Positions 50,849-64,000 of a stretch of 64,000 nucleotides of DNA are shown here, piece after piece. Numbering within the stretch: position 1 is the stretch's first letter; the number at the start of each line of letters is the position of its first letter. The notes below the pieces were generated by a model. It was not told the origin of the DNA. It saw only the letters and a program-made list of their open reading frames with translations, and made no database searches. Source of the stretch: Octopus vulgaris. Taxonomy: Eukaryota. The stretch lies in the NCBI GenBank assembly GCA_951406725.2, contig OX597818.1:72850001-72914000 (forward strand), in the 5' to 3' direction. The position numbers and the translations under genes are program-made.

Positions 50849-51228
50849 CATGGTACAAAGTGCCACTCCATCGGTTGCGACGACGAGGGTTCCAGTTGAT
50901 CCGACCAGCGGAACAGCCTGATCGTGAAATTAACGTGCAAGTGGCTGAGCACTCCATAGACACGTATACCTTTAACGCAGTTCTTTGGGAGATTCAGCAT
51001 GTGACAAGGATGGCCCTTTGAAATACTGGTACAACAGAAACAGCAAGAAAGAGTGAGAGAAAGTTGTGGTGAAAGAGTACAGCAGGGTTCACCACCACCC
51101 TCTGCCGGAGCTTCGTAAAGCTTTAGATGTTTTCGCTCAATAAACACTCACAACGCCCGGTCTTGGAATCGAAACCGCGGTCCTACGACTGCGGGACCGC
51201 TGTCATAACCACTGGACCATTGCTCCTC
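50849..51228 (-). mobile_element. SINE family B
   Basis: Reverse complement of the 35773-36130 family. Confidence 0.8.
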
Positions 51229-51599
51229 CAGTGGTACAAAGTACAACGCACAGTAACAACAATAGTAGCAGAAACATTAACAGGGCTAGAAATGACATCA
51301 GCAGCAGCCGCAGCAGTAGTAGTAGTGAGAGCAGCAACAACCGCGAAAAAGAAAGCAACAGCATTGACAGTGGCGATAGCAACAAAAGTAACAACAACAA
51401 CAACGAGAGCAAAAGTAACAACAACAACAACAACAAAACCATTATCAGCAACATCGATAAGAACGTCAACGGCAGCAGCAACAGCGACAACAGCAAAAAC
51501 AACAACAAAAACAATACAAATAAAAACATCAAAAATAGTATTGTAGCAACAGTAGCAGCCAAGCCCTAAAACCGATATACCGTAGACCTCACAAATAGG

Positions 51600-54500
51600 G
51601 AAGAGAAGCTTCCAGAGACATGGAAACCAATTAAAGAAGAGAACAATTGGGCAAATCTGACACTGGCATCAGAGGCAATTGAAGCAGTGGAGAAGAACAG
51701 TGCTTTTCAGCTGCATCTAAGTAGTCACAAAAAGAGCAGTTCTGATAGACCAAGTAGTTATTAAGGCCACGTTGAGGTGCATAAGAAATGACATCGAATA
51801 CATAGCGAGAGGCAAACAATACGGCACAATTTCGGTGCTGTTTAAATCAGAAGCCTTCGCTGTGAAACATTCAATGCCCCCCTGAAAAACTCGCAAAGTC
51901 ATTATGTACCCGTCGCAAATGGGGAAACGTACAACCCGTGTCCGCTTTGCTAAAATCCCACCAGGACTAGATATTTTGTGACTTCTGGGATGCGTAATCG
52001 TGGAGGGGACGGATACTATTCCCTATAGAGGCGACAGGAACTGCTAAGGAGGTCTGATCACGGGTTGATCTGGAGAGGTATCTCCAGATTAGACCCGAAA
52101 ACATGAAATAAATCTCAAGCCACATTCGTCTCTAGAACAGGACGGTGATACACATCCTGACTGAGGGCAAAATGCCTCATTGTTTCAGGTATGGAGAAAC
52201 GACTCATTTGGCTGCTCACTGCCTCTTACGGCCTCCTCTACTGCCTACGCCTGGACGAGAACCACAAATATCACCAGCACTGGCAAAACCACCAGCAACA
52301 ACACCAAATACATTAACAACCCTAGGGGGAAACAAGGAAAGATTTCCCACCGCATCACACCAAACAAAAATACACATATAAATAAGATTATAAATATACA
52401 CACAGACACAGACATACTTACAGCAACAGACCCTTCACCTTCCAGTAGTTAAGATGAAGGAAAAACGAAAAGGCTAACCCCTCAAAAAACACAAAAAAGA
52501 AAGCACAAAAAGACTCCACATAGCAACAGCCACAGTAAAAAATACAAACACCACCCACGCAAACATCTCTTCCAAAACACCAACACAAACACAACCAACA
52601 CGGTCACTATCACCAGAATCCCTCACACGTAAACAACCTGAACAGGTAGACACTCACACAAACATCTAAAACTGCAGACACCACACTCACAGCACACACA
52701 GAAACAACAGAAACGACAATACCTTCATCAGTACAGTCAAACAAACAAATTAAACAACACCAACACAAAACACGCAATTTTGTACTCATCATAAGGGAAA
52801 ACGAGGAACATATCGGAAAACGTGGGAACCCCGAACGTGAGACCCGCATCGAGGCTTTTAAAGGTGTTCCCTAAAAAGACTCTAACAACTATGGTGGTCG
52901 AAATACCTAACCTTTACAAGACACCAGTAGGTAAGTAACCATTTCCTTTCTCTCTTTAGCTTGCCAACACTGCCATACTAAGAATAGGATTTCTAAATGT
53001 GCGAGGGCTAGAGACACCCTGGAAGTAGGGAGACCTTCTCAACAACCTCAGGTCTCTAGAACTGGATATAATTGCTATCAGTGAAACTAAGATTTCCAAT
53101 ACACGCGCACTGGCTCCCATGTTCGACGACTATCAGATCTTTGCATCGGTTAGTCGGTCGGGAATAGGGGTGGAGTAGATGTGCTGTTTAGGAGAGAACT
53201 GGATCTCGAGTTAAAGTTGATCTTCCGTGACCCGGACAGGTAGTACTGGATATGAGCAAGTCAACAAGTGGCTGTCTACACTCCTACTGGAGCCAAACGG
53301 ACAGATTTATTTAGGCGTCTGGAAACCTATCTAGGTAAGTCTCGCTCTTTACTGGTAGTCGGGGACTAGATTGGTATCCGAGATCAACGTTGGGATTATG
53401 TGCGAATTGCTGAAAGAAAAGAGGTTACAAAAACCTCAAGCACCTGATCAGGCTGTTCCAACTGTTTGACAGGTACCGACGAGATGTCCCTAATGCGCCT
53501 GTGTAAGACTTGGATCAACCGCTTAGGGTTATCTACATCGTGCAGATATATGATTTTCCCTAGAAAAATAGATAGTAACACTGTAGGAAGTCCCCCATTT
53601 TTAAAACGGTCGCCTATTTAGACCATAAGTTTGTAATCTGTACGGTCGACCTAGATAAGACGCGTAGGCTAGGTGCCGGTTACTGGAAGCTGAACATGTC
53701 GTTTCTGGCACGCAAGGCTTGCCGGGGCTGGGTCAATAATTTAGCTCAGCAGAAGTTGAGCAACAACTGGCGGGGAGCGGCTCTCAAAAGAGAGATTAGA
53801 GTAATGCCGATAGGTTTTAGCAAAGAAAGAGCGTTAGAAAGAAACAAAAAAGTGGAGGGGTTAGTAGCTAGACGAGGCTATTTGTAGTGGCATGGCAACC
53901 GATGTGCTAGCAGCGAGATTGGCAAGAAACCAGTTATTCAACGCGAAATAGGAAGGTTGTATTGTCAGAGATAAGACGTGTGCTGTAAGAAATGGTGGGG
54001 ATCAAAGCTGTTCGATGGGCCCGCGCGGTGGAGACGCAGCGTGGTAATAAAACCACAATTCGGTCTTTCACGGATCGGACGGACAAAAGCTGAGCGATTC
54101 CAGGCAGATACGGGAGGCCTTTTTGCCAGTAATTTGCTCCGTTGTTCGGAGAGAGTGGTGGGCGAAGATTGTGGAGGACTTAATTTCCTACCTCGATGGC
54201 TTATCACGTCTCTCGACAGCCGACGTTGAGCGCTGTGAAAGACAAATAACTTCAGCCAAAATTCAGGATGTCCTTGTTGCTTGCAGGAGGAACAAGTCCC
54301 CAGGTTTAGATGGTCTACCCTATGAACTTACGTAAATATAGCAAACTTGTCCTTTGATCTCCTCGAAGAGCTCTATAGCAACTGGCATCAGAACGGGAGT
54401 ATTCCCAGTTCTGTGAACCGGCGCGTAGTGACGCTGATAAGGAAAGACGAAAACACAAGGGACACATTATATAATTTCAGCCCCATAACATTGCTTAACA

Positions 54501-55495
54501 CTGAGTTTAAGATTTTGGCCAAGGTATTAGCAAAGAGGTTGTCGCTTGTCGTCGAGGACTTCGTCGGAGAGGCACAAACCTGCGCAATCCTGACTAGGTC
54601 AATACACGACAACCTCCACCTCATGCGATACATCATAGAAAGTGTAGGGTGCAAACCTGGCTTCGGTGGGCGCTGATCAATATCTGGAGGCTGTCCTCAA
54701 AGTGGATGTCTTCAGCGGTTGGATTGCTGCAATGCACAGCGGCACCTGCTCGGTGGTTAAAATTTATGGCTACATATCGGAACTGTTTCATATCTCCCGA
54801 TCGGTCCGTACATATTGACTCTTGAGCCTTTACTGCGGAAGCTGGAGCTGCTGCAGGGTATCCCGCTCGAAAAGAAACTGAGACGCAGAGAAGCTGTGTT
54901 GCCATATGCGAACGATATCACCGTGATGGTGTCGAACACATCAGAAATCGACGTGGTTGGCACATCATTGGAGGAAGAGGAAAAGTTGACAGGAGCTAAA
55001 CTTATCCCGAAAGAGTGGGTGGGCTTGCAACTCGGCACCTGGAAAGGAATGTCCATGCCGTCCGACAGTATCACTGGGCGCTAGACGGATATACCGGTAA
55101 AGTTGCTTAGGGTTTGGTTCGGCCCAGACCTCCAGGTGGATAACAACTGGGACGAGGCGACGAGCAGAGTAGCCAGTCTCACCCAGATATATGATGGGAG
55201 GAAGCTATCACTGAAAGGTCGAGCGGAGGTGACGAATGCGTACGTCACGTCCGTCATCTACTACCGTTTGACTGTTGTGCCTTGCCTCCGATCGTGCCTC
55301 GCCAAGTTAGAACGCCTCCTCTTCAAATTTATGTAGAGGGGACAGGTTCCATTGGTGACGCAGTCCATCTGCTACCAACACTTTCTACGCGGAGGGCTGG
55401 GCATACCGTGGCTATGTATGCGCAGACATGCGCTGAGACTGCGGTATCTCCAGATATTCTGTCTAAATGGTGAACAGGTATGGTTGCCGTTTGTC
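51600..55495 (+). mobile_element. Decayed Tx1/L1-clade LINE (ORF1 zinc knuckle; ORF2 APE + RT), 3'-truncated by a Penelope insertion
   Basis: ORF1 relic CFRYGETTHLAAHC. ORF2 from ~52975: RIGFLNVRGL...DIIAISETK, GYWKLN, KSPGLDGLPYE, SPITLLNTEFKILAKVLAKRL, YANDIT, LSLKGRAEV, GGLGIP. Many stops and frameshifts. Confidence 0.9.
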
Positions 55496-57135
55496 ATAGT
55501 AAGTTGTATCGAACATAAAAAAGTTGTTCAGCAGGATGAATTTGAGTGCTTAAGCACTCAACTTCATCCTGCTGAACAATTTTACTATCGACAAAAATGT
55601 GGAATTGCAATGGGAACCAGAGCTACTCCAGTGATTGCAAACCTTGTAATGGGTTACCAAGAACTTTAGTTATACCAATCATCACTAGAAAAATATGGTG
55701 CCTCTTTTAATTGCTATTTAGAGGAGAACTGGAAGAGATATTTCGATGATTGCTTCATGCTTTGGAAAGACAGCATGGTCCAACTCCTTAATTTCAAATT
55801 AATGCTTAACAACATACATAGCAATATACAATTCACTATGGAACACAACAGTAAACAACTCCCTTTTCTAGACATCTTAATTAAGATAGTTAACAACCAC
55901 ATAGAAACAGACATCTTTTATAAACCCATAGATTCTAAACAATACCTATTATTTAACTCTTGCTACCCCAAACACATAAAAATTCATATACCTTTTAATC
56001 TAGCGAAAATAATCTGTACCATAGTTTCGGATACATATACTCGTGAACAAAGACTCCTTGAAATTAGATCAGCACTAAATAAAAGACATTACCCAATCTT
56101 ATTAATAAATGAATGCATTAAAAGAGTTAAGGAAATTGATATACAAATATTAAGGCAAGCCAGCCGAAATACTAAACCAGACTTTAAAATACTCCAGTAC
56201 ATTTCCACACATAACCCTAGAAGCAACGAAGCCTTCAACATTATCACCCAAAATCTTCCCATCGTCACAGTAGACAAAACAATGAACGAAATTTTAAGCT
56301 CATACAAAATTATAAAAAGCAAAAAGGCAACCGAAGTCACTGAAAAAAATATTAACCAGCGCAAGACTATATCCACTGACAGCAGAGCCAAAAGTGAAAA
56401 AATGTGATCGTCCTAACTGTGGAACATACCCCCACCTTTTCGAGAGTTCAGAATTTCACTTCAAACAAGAAGAAATATTTAAGATCAAATCAAATTTCAC
56501 CTGCGCCTCGGAAAATCTAATCTATGTCATGACATGCTTAGGAGGTGGTAACCCCTATATTGGACAAACAGGAATATCACTCCGTCGAAGAACGACAATC
56601 CACAAAGAGCAAATCCGCCACCCACAATACAGACAGTTGCAGGTTAGTGAACACATAGCAAGGTGTGTCAGGAATCTTAATCCTAATTTCCAAATCTTCC
56701 CCTTCTATCAATGTTCACAGAACACCACAATGCAACAAAGGTTGAATAAAGAGGCAATTATCATCAATAAATATCTTCCCCAACTAAATATGAACACACA
56801 ACTTAATACGGAACACCACTAACCCTTCAATTAACACTACTAACCCCTATGCACTCCCTACACCATTCACATTACAATTCTATATCTAACACAACTGCAC
56901 TCAAGCCAGAACTACTTACCTCCCTTACAAATAATCTTTTTATTCAGGAACTATGAGACCTGACACCGTTCATTAGCCGGTGTTTATTCAAAGCAATGAT
57001 GAAACCATGATATGCTTTACTTTCTGACTTTTTAATCATCTCATAATAATGACTTTTATGACTTCTATTACTACCTCAGTCCATCTAAATGTATATATCA
57101 ATGTGCATTTTCGTTGATTTTTCTTATTTTCCACC

Positions 57136-57140
<5 letters not shown>
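55490..57140 (+). mobile_element. Penelope-like retroelement with 5' fold-back inversion and 3' UTR ending at (TA)n
   Basis: Inverted segment 55490-55551, ORF to 56822, hammerhead relic at 56990-57018. Confidence 0.8.
55552..56822 (+). pseudogene. Penelope-like element RT + GIY-YIG endonuclease, 5'-truncated
   Basis: YYRQKCGIAMGTRATPVIANLVMG, WKRYFDDCF, LPFLDILI, then CDRPNCGTY...NLIYVMTC....YIGQTG.SLRRR...H. One stop and one frameshift are visible. Confidence 0.9.
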
Positions 57141-57200
<60 letters not shown>

Positions 57201-57205
<5 letters not shown>

Positions 57206-57507
57206 CAACGGCCCAGTGGTTAGGGCAGCGGATTCGCAGTCGTAGGTTCGCGGTTTCGATTCTCAGACCGGGCGTTTTGAGTGTTTATTGAGCGAAAACA
57301 CCTAAAGCTCTACGATCACCGGCAGGGGTAGGGTGTGGCTTTCCCTGCTGTATTCTTTCGCCACAACTTTCTCTCACTCTTTCTTCTGTTGGCCTGCTCG
57401 CTTAGCCAGCAGGGTCGCGTCACTTGAAGGCTAAAACAATGCGAAGCGCATTGTGACCAGTGATGTGTAGCAACATCTGATAGCCTGGTCGGTCACGTGA
57501 TTACGTG
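57201..57507 (+). mobile_element. SINE with family B head and a different 3' tail, inserted in (GA)n
   Basis: gagcaacggcccagtggttaggg...gcggtttcgattctcagaccgggcg; diverges from 35773 after ...ctctcactcttt. Confidence 0.75.
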
Positions 57508-57528
57508 CTCTCTCTCTATATATATATT

Positions 57529-57568
<40 letters not shown>

Positions 57569-57774
57569 AATATGCGAATGGAGGGGATCAATAGGTGGTT
57601 CATCAACTTTTAGACATTATATTATTTCAATTTATTTATTTACTAAAATGACAATTACAAGAATATACATACATGTATAAAATATTATGTTTTGCATATA
57701 AAATATATTAATATTTAAAGCTACCAATAATTATTAAAATATAACATACAGGAATATATATATATATGTTTGTG

Positions 57775-57993
57775 CGTGTGCATATGTTTGTCCCTGCCAC
57801 CATTGCTTGAACATCGGATGTTGGTGTGCCTATGTACCGTTAACTTAGTGGCTCAGCAAAAAAGACCGGTAGAGTATGTATTAGGCTTACAAAGAATAAG
57901 CTCTGGGGTAGATTTGTTCGACTAAATCCCTTTAAGGCGATGCTCCAGCATGGCCGCAATCAAATGGCAGAAACAAATAAAACAATAAAAGAA
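57775..57993 (+). mobile_element. SINE family A, 3' half
   Basis: taggcttacaaagaataag...ttcgactaaa...ctccagcatggccgca. Confidence 0.7.
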
Positions 57994-58054
57994 AAAAATA
58001 TTTTTTTGATGTTCTTGTTTGGCCTCATTTTACTAATGTTCGTGCCTTTCATAT

Positions 58055-58360
58055 TTTATCGGTGGACTGCGGCCATGCTGGGTCAAGTTATTTACGAGTT
58101 TGAGATGTACAGATCGACCCACTACTCATTCTCCCGGACTCTTATGCCGAACCGTGACATATGAAGGCAAACGAACGTAAACACACACACACACACACAT
58201 GTATATATATATATATATATATATAACGCAGTTTCCGTTTACTAAATTCACTCATTGTTCGGCCTAAGTCTAAAATATTAGACGCTTACTCAAGGTACTG
58301 CACAGCAAGACTGAACCCCAGACCACGTAAAGGGAGATGCATAACCACACAGCTATTCCT
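58055..58360 (-). mobile_element. SINE family A, degenerate
   Basis: gactgcggccatgctg, gccgaaccg, cagtttccgt, actgaaccc, aaccacacagc. Confidence 0.55.
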
Positions 58361-58839
58361 GGATTTATTTCACCATTTTGCAAACTTAAAACCGGTCTAT
58401 GCATTAGGCAATATGATACCACGTTTCTCGTTTATTAACTTTTATATCACACGTACTACATATGAAAGTAACATTTGTAAAATGTTAACACCTGGAACAT
58501 GAAATTACAGCCCTACCTCGGTTAAATCTCTTGTTATTCTCTGTATCCCGTGTGGTACTATGGACATATTTCTCACGCGTCCATGCATCATATATGATAC
58601 ACACTGCAAATTTTATCAAGAACTAAAGCTAGCAAGAACATGCGACTTATAAAAAGAAAAGTTTATACTCCTAAGAATGTATGAAACGAAAGCTAACTAT
58701 AAGTCTGAAAATAAGCATGGGTGTTTCGGACAAACTTCTAAAAATGCTATGGATAGTTAAAGTGTTATGGAAATCAGAAGAATTCTTAGCTGGTTTCGAA
58801 GCTACAGCAGACAGTCATATCTTATAAGCTTTATTTCTG

Positions 58840-59141
58840 ACGCATGGTTTTTCGGTAAGAAGCTTGCTTGCCAACCATGTGGTTTCGGATTCAGTCCCAC
58901 TGCATGGTATCTTGGGCCATGCGTCTCCTATTACGCCTCGGGACGACCAAGGCCTTGTGAGTGGATCAGTTAGACGGACACTGAAAGAAGCGCATCATAT
59001 ATATATATACATGTGTGTGTGTGCGTGTGTGTGTGTGTGCACGCGCGCGTGTGGGTGTGGGTTTGTGGATGTGGGTGTGTATGTATATATATATATATAT
59101 ATATGTATCGAGATAGATAGATATATACATGTATGTATATA

Positions 59142-59174
<33 letters not shown>

Positions 59175-59378
59175 CTCTTTTTGTTTCCCATCACCGCTTG
59201 ACAACCAGTGTTGGCATGTTTATGTTCCCGTAATCTAGTGTATCGGCAAAAGAGACCCATAAGGTAAGTACCAGGTTTTAAAAATTCTTGGTATCGATTT
59301 GTTCGACTAAAATCCTCCGAGGCGGTGTTCCAGCATAACCACAGCCAAATGCCTGGAGCAAGTAAAAGATAAAAGAAA
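58840..59378 (+). mobile_element. SINE family A, degenerate full length
   Basis: ggtaagaagcttgctt...ttcagtcccactgc...ccttgtgagtggat...ttcgactaaa...agtaaaagataaaag. Confidence 0.75.
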
Positions 59379-59929
59379 AAACATTCCGTCTCTCTAGTGG
59401 CATCGATATAACGATAAAAAAGTTTTTACTGAATAAAAAGAGAATTATTATGTTGATTTGTGTTAAAGAATCGACACAAAGTTAGCTAGTTATATCAATT
59501 ATATCGCCTAGGTCACGAGGTCAAATTTCTAAAAGTAACAGAAAGTTGACAAAGATCGATCCCAGGTTATTACTTTCGTTTCTCGAAACTGAGTGTAAGA
59601 CTGTATTCGGTCGGTGAGCGCGTAAGAAAAACAACCTATTCCGAAAATCATAGCCTTTTTTGTTAAAGTAAGGAAGGGCATAAGTTGTAATGTATCCCTC
59701 AATAAATAAAATTGCTTGAAGAAAAACAATCTATAGTGTTGTCACGGGTAGCTCCCACAGTCATGGCTGTGGCTAAATGATAATTAGGAGAAAAAAAAAA
59801 AACTTTGTTTTTCACAAATTCCGAAGTAGTTAGAAAATTCGAGTTGACATGTTTAGAACCTAAAAATAGTGGAATCTAGTTGCATGTAAATATCTACAGG
59901 ATGTTTTGCTGTCAGCTGAGAATGTAACG

Positions 59930-60305
59930 ATTATCAGTCGTACTCATTAAGAAAAAGAAAAATACAAAATAAAACAAATAAACAATCGATTATATCGACT
60001 CCAGTGCTCACCTAGTAGTCATTTTATCGAACCCGAAAGCATGAAAGGCAAAATCGACTATGGAGTAAGTTGAACAACAAAACCGGACGAAATGCTGTTA
60101 ACCGTCATGTTCGAAGCGCAAACGAATGGTTATAATGGTTATGTAGAGTAGAGAGTTAGTCGATATCAATAACCCCGGTACTATAGTGTTTCTTTCTGTT
60201 ATCGACGAATAAATACTAGACTGACCCAGGCGAAATTTGAACTCTGAACATAAAGAGACGGAAGAAATGCCGCTAAGCATGTAGTCCAACTCTCTAACAA
60301 TTCTT
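59930..60305 (-). mobile_element. SINE family C, tandem degenerate copies
   Basis: tttatcgaacccgaaagcatgaaaggcaaa; aatttgaactctgaac...gaaatgccgctaagcat. Confidence 0.5.
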
Positions 60306-60521
60306 AATAGTACTTATTGATAACAACAACAATAACAACGGTATTAATATATAAACAATAACAATGAAATAACATATATCGGAGAACATTAAACAGTATC
60401 AATAAGCAAAATGAGGGGTGTAACGTACATATGTACATGTATGTGTGTGCGTGTCTATCTCTCTATTCTAGCTGTTTATCTACCTATCTATGTATATAAA
60501 CAATATATATGCCATAAATGT

Positions 60522-60557
<36 letters not shown>

Positions 60558-61739
60558 GCTCACACACACATGAATATGCATGGGTATAAATGCACGTGTA
60601 TATATGTATGTTGGTAAATTCTAGTAGAAACAATAAAAAAGTACAAAGCAAGAAAAAGAGCATGATGATAAACGAAAATAATAAAACGTAAATAATCGAC
60701 AGTGAAAACGTGAAAGCAAGTGGTTACTAAGTAGAATCACGTAGAAAAATGCTCACGTGTTATAAATATACTAGTGTAGACATCTACCGGCTCTTTCCTG
60801 TGGATTTCGCGCCGTTCTATACTTGTATTCAATCGCATTCTCGTACGAAGTATTCAGCTTCCAAGTTCAGCTATGTCACAAATTTATCCACAATTCTTTT
60901 ACTACTCTCTCTCTTTCTTTCACTTTTTCTCTTTCTCTTTCTCACTCTGTCTTTCTTTTTCTCTCACTTCTTTAAACAATTCGTTTTATTCTTTCTTCAT
61001 TGTCGTTATCTTCCTTCGTGTCTTATTTTCCTTCTTTCCATCCGTCCGTACTTCCTGCTTTACTTGTATAAATTTTCTCTTCTTTATTGCTCTCTCTCTC
61101 TCCATCTATTTCTCTCTCACCCAACGTGTTTACTTTTTCCTTTATTTCTTTGCATATATATTTATTCATCTCGTTCGTTCTTTCGTTCTCTCAAGCTTTC
61201 CTTCTACCAACTAACTTCCTATTCATTCAACTCTCTTTCTCTCCTTCCACATAACTTCCGTCCTGTATCCTTTTACATCTACCTTTCTTTCTTTTCTCCC
61301 TTTATTCCAGGTCCTTCGTTCCCACTTCACTATCAAAGAATCTCCTCACCAAACAGAATTTGCACATCCCATTCCCGAAGCTCCTTCTCAACATAAACAC
61401 ATCCCACCTCCTTTCCAAAATCACTGTGTAAACATTTCCTACTTTTGCAAGCTCTATAATGATAATGAACTGAATGGCTAGAGTGAAGATAATGATAATC
61501 ACTAGTGTGGTGGAGGTGGAAGAGTTAAAGTTAACGGTTGTGATGATGACGACGACGATAATGATAGTGGTGTCGGTGGTACTACGTGTGACAAAACGCT
61601 CAACTAACTCATCTGTATTTGTTACTAAAGTTAATTATCAATACTTATAATCCAGGCGTACAATGCCGCCATCCTTTCAAAACAGGTGTCTACAGGCTTA
61701 TTTCTACCTAGACACACACAAAAATATTTTCTATATGAG

Positions 61740-62111
61740 CACACACACACACACACACTCACATATACATACGTGCATGAATACATCTGTCTCTCTCTGT
61801 AAAGCTTGTACATTTATGTACAAACATACAGCCGCACACACACACACACACACATATAAATATACATACACACATATATATGTACAGTGTATGTCTGTAT
61901 ATATATACAGGTATACACATATACACACTCATGCATATATGTATGAATGTATGTAACGGATGAAGTATATATAAATATATAAATGTATGTATAAACTTAA
62001 TTATATTTGTATGCACCTATGTACACCACGCAGCTACATATTATATATTTGTATATTTCTGAAAATTTGTATGTAGGTATGTCTTTGTATGTATGTATAA
62101 AATGCATATGT

Positions 62112-62147
<36 letters not shown>

Positions 62148-62206
62148 CTGTGTGTGGGTGTTTGTATGTATGCATATATATATATATGTATGTATATATA
62201 TACATA

Positions 62207-62252
<46 letters not shown>

Positions 62253-62343
62253 CATATGCATATATCTATCTTTCCCTATCACTCTATTTTTATATATGAA
62301 TATATATATATAAGCATACACACATAGGTATGTATGTATGTAT

Positions 62344-62415
<72 letters not shown>

Positions 62416-62752
62416 ATTAACTTGTTTATTGACGAGAAACAAAGGCCGACTAAGAATCCAAAGCCTTGAAGGTAGGATGTAGAATATATATTTATATGTA
62501 CACATACGTATTTGTTTATATACATACAAATATGTATATATGTATGGGTATAAACATTTTCAAAATAATAGTTGTTTACTACAAAAGCACTATTTTATCA
62601 CTTATACAAGGTCATCATACCAGAGATGTACTTTTGTATCGAGTAGGCTATTATTCTTCATACATATACATATACATATGTGTGTGTGTGTGTATGTGTG
62701 TGTGTGTGTGTGTATGTGTGTGTGTGTGTGTATGTGTGTGTGTGTTTGTATG

Positions 62753-62793
<41 letters not shown>

Positions 62794-63288
62794 TGCATAC
62801 ATATATATATGTATGTAATATTCATAGGTATATGTATATATATCTATATACACATGTATATCCATAAAATATATATATATTTATATATGTGTATATATAT
62901 GCACATATGCGCACGCATAAACGCCCACACAAATACACACGCACACAAACACACTTACACACCCACCCACCAACATATTTCACACGCATAATTATAAATA
63001 TTGTGATATGTACAATCAAATCATTCGTAAAACCTATATACGTACCCAAGAAGTACGTTGTTTAGGTGCACCTATACAGCGAATGTGCCGTCACTAATGT
63101 TGTAAGCAGGTATACACTTTACAGCTATATATATGTATAGAATATATCTATACAGTCCCATGCATGGTAATCTATCAAATAACAAGTACATCGTGATAAT
63201 CCCATATAGCAGTACATTTATTCTCATACGGAAGTGTATAATGCATGTGTGCTTATCTATAAACGTCTGGGTATACATACATACATGC

Positions 63289-63325
<37 letters not shown>

Positions 63326-63606
63326 CATATATATACACACATATACATATTTGTATATACATATATATATATATATATGTGTGTGTGTATATATATACAT
63401 ATACATATATATATATATACATATATAAATATAAATATACTATATATATACAAATATATATAAATATACATATATATGAGCATATATATATATATGTTTA
63501 TATATATATATACGTTTATATATATGTATATTTGTGTATATATATGTATGTATGTATATATACATATACACACATACATATATATACACAAATATACATA
63601 TATATA

Positions 63607-63649
<43 letters not shown>

Positions 63650-63695
63650 ATAGTTATAAATATTCATGTATGTGTATATATATGAATATATATGT
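61740..63695. repeat. Extended TA/CA/TG compound microsatellite region
   Basis: Directly visible low-complexity tracts; these explain the many Y/I/C/V-rich ORFs here. Confidence 0.9.
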
Positions 63696-63854
63696 TTAGG
63701 AAAAATCCAGGGGAATTATTAGAAGGCATTTAAATGTTGCTTAAGTGTCTCAGGATTTAATTCTGGCATATTAAATCGTATTTAGTAGAAAGTAGGTAAA
63801 TTGAATAAGGAGATGAACTCTCGGGATGTTGTTAAACCATTTATAACTTGAATT

Positions 63855-63922
63855 CTTCTACATACGTTTCGATGGTCGCACTCCAAAAATATCTGACTGG
63901 ATAAATTATGGTCATCAGAAAG
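63855..63922 (-). ncRNA. Hammerhead relic
   Basis: Minus strand: CUUU CUGAUGA CCAU...CCAUC GAAA CGUAUG UA GAAG. Base of stem II is unpaired. Confidence 0.5.
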
Positions 63923-64000
63923 TACGTTTAGATATAAACATTATAAACATACTAAAAACACAAACGTATACAAACACAGGCATTAATATACATACCCCCA

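Noticed and set aside
51127-51569. Thr/Ala- and Asn/Ser-rich mucin-like ORFs
   Set aside because: Degenerate (AAC)/(AGC) trinucleotide tract that starts inside a SINE.
60749-61396. 215-aa hydrophobic ORF
   Set aside because: CT-rich low-complexity DNA; no recognisable motifs or splice structure.
61631-63699. Many Y/I/C/V/H/T-rich ORFs (also near 6629, 29187, 36026, 43438, 47556)
   Set aside because: Translations of stop-free TA/CA/TCTA microsatellites.

Overview
AT-rich, microsatellite-dense animal genomic DNA. The SINE families and the (TA)n/(CA)n/(TAA)n load point to an octopus or other coleoid cephalopod (inference). Only one host coding exon is recognisable: the first coding exon of a D2-like dopamine receptor (class A aminergic GPCR) on the minus strand, 23142->22537, covering the N-terminus, TM1 and TM2 and ending in a perfect GAG|GTAAGT donor. 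The next exon was not found, so it probably lies beyond the left edge or in the 100-N gap. The rest is intron or upstream DNA filled with transposon debris: a full-length but stop-disrupted mariner, a decayed Tc1, Tx1/L1, RTE and R4/Dong LINE fragments, Penelope-like (RT + GIY-YIG) pieces, Helitron/Helentron-type non-autonomous elements and at least four tRNA-derived SINE families. The most striking signal is about a dozen hammerhead-ribozyme-shaped motifs (stem I - CUGANGA - stem II - GAAA - palindromic stem III - UH) from many unrelated sequence families. Most sit in short non-coding elements inserted in (TA)n/(TAA)n tracts, with direct or inverted terminal duplications. They include a 547-nt circularly permuted retrozyme-like unit and a tRNA-headed, hammerhead-tailed SINE-like element. 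All folding was done by eye and no searches were run.
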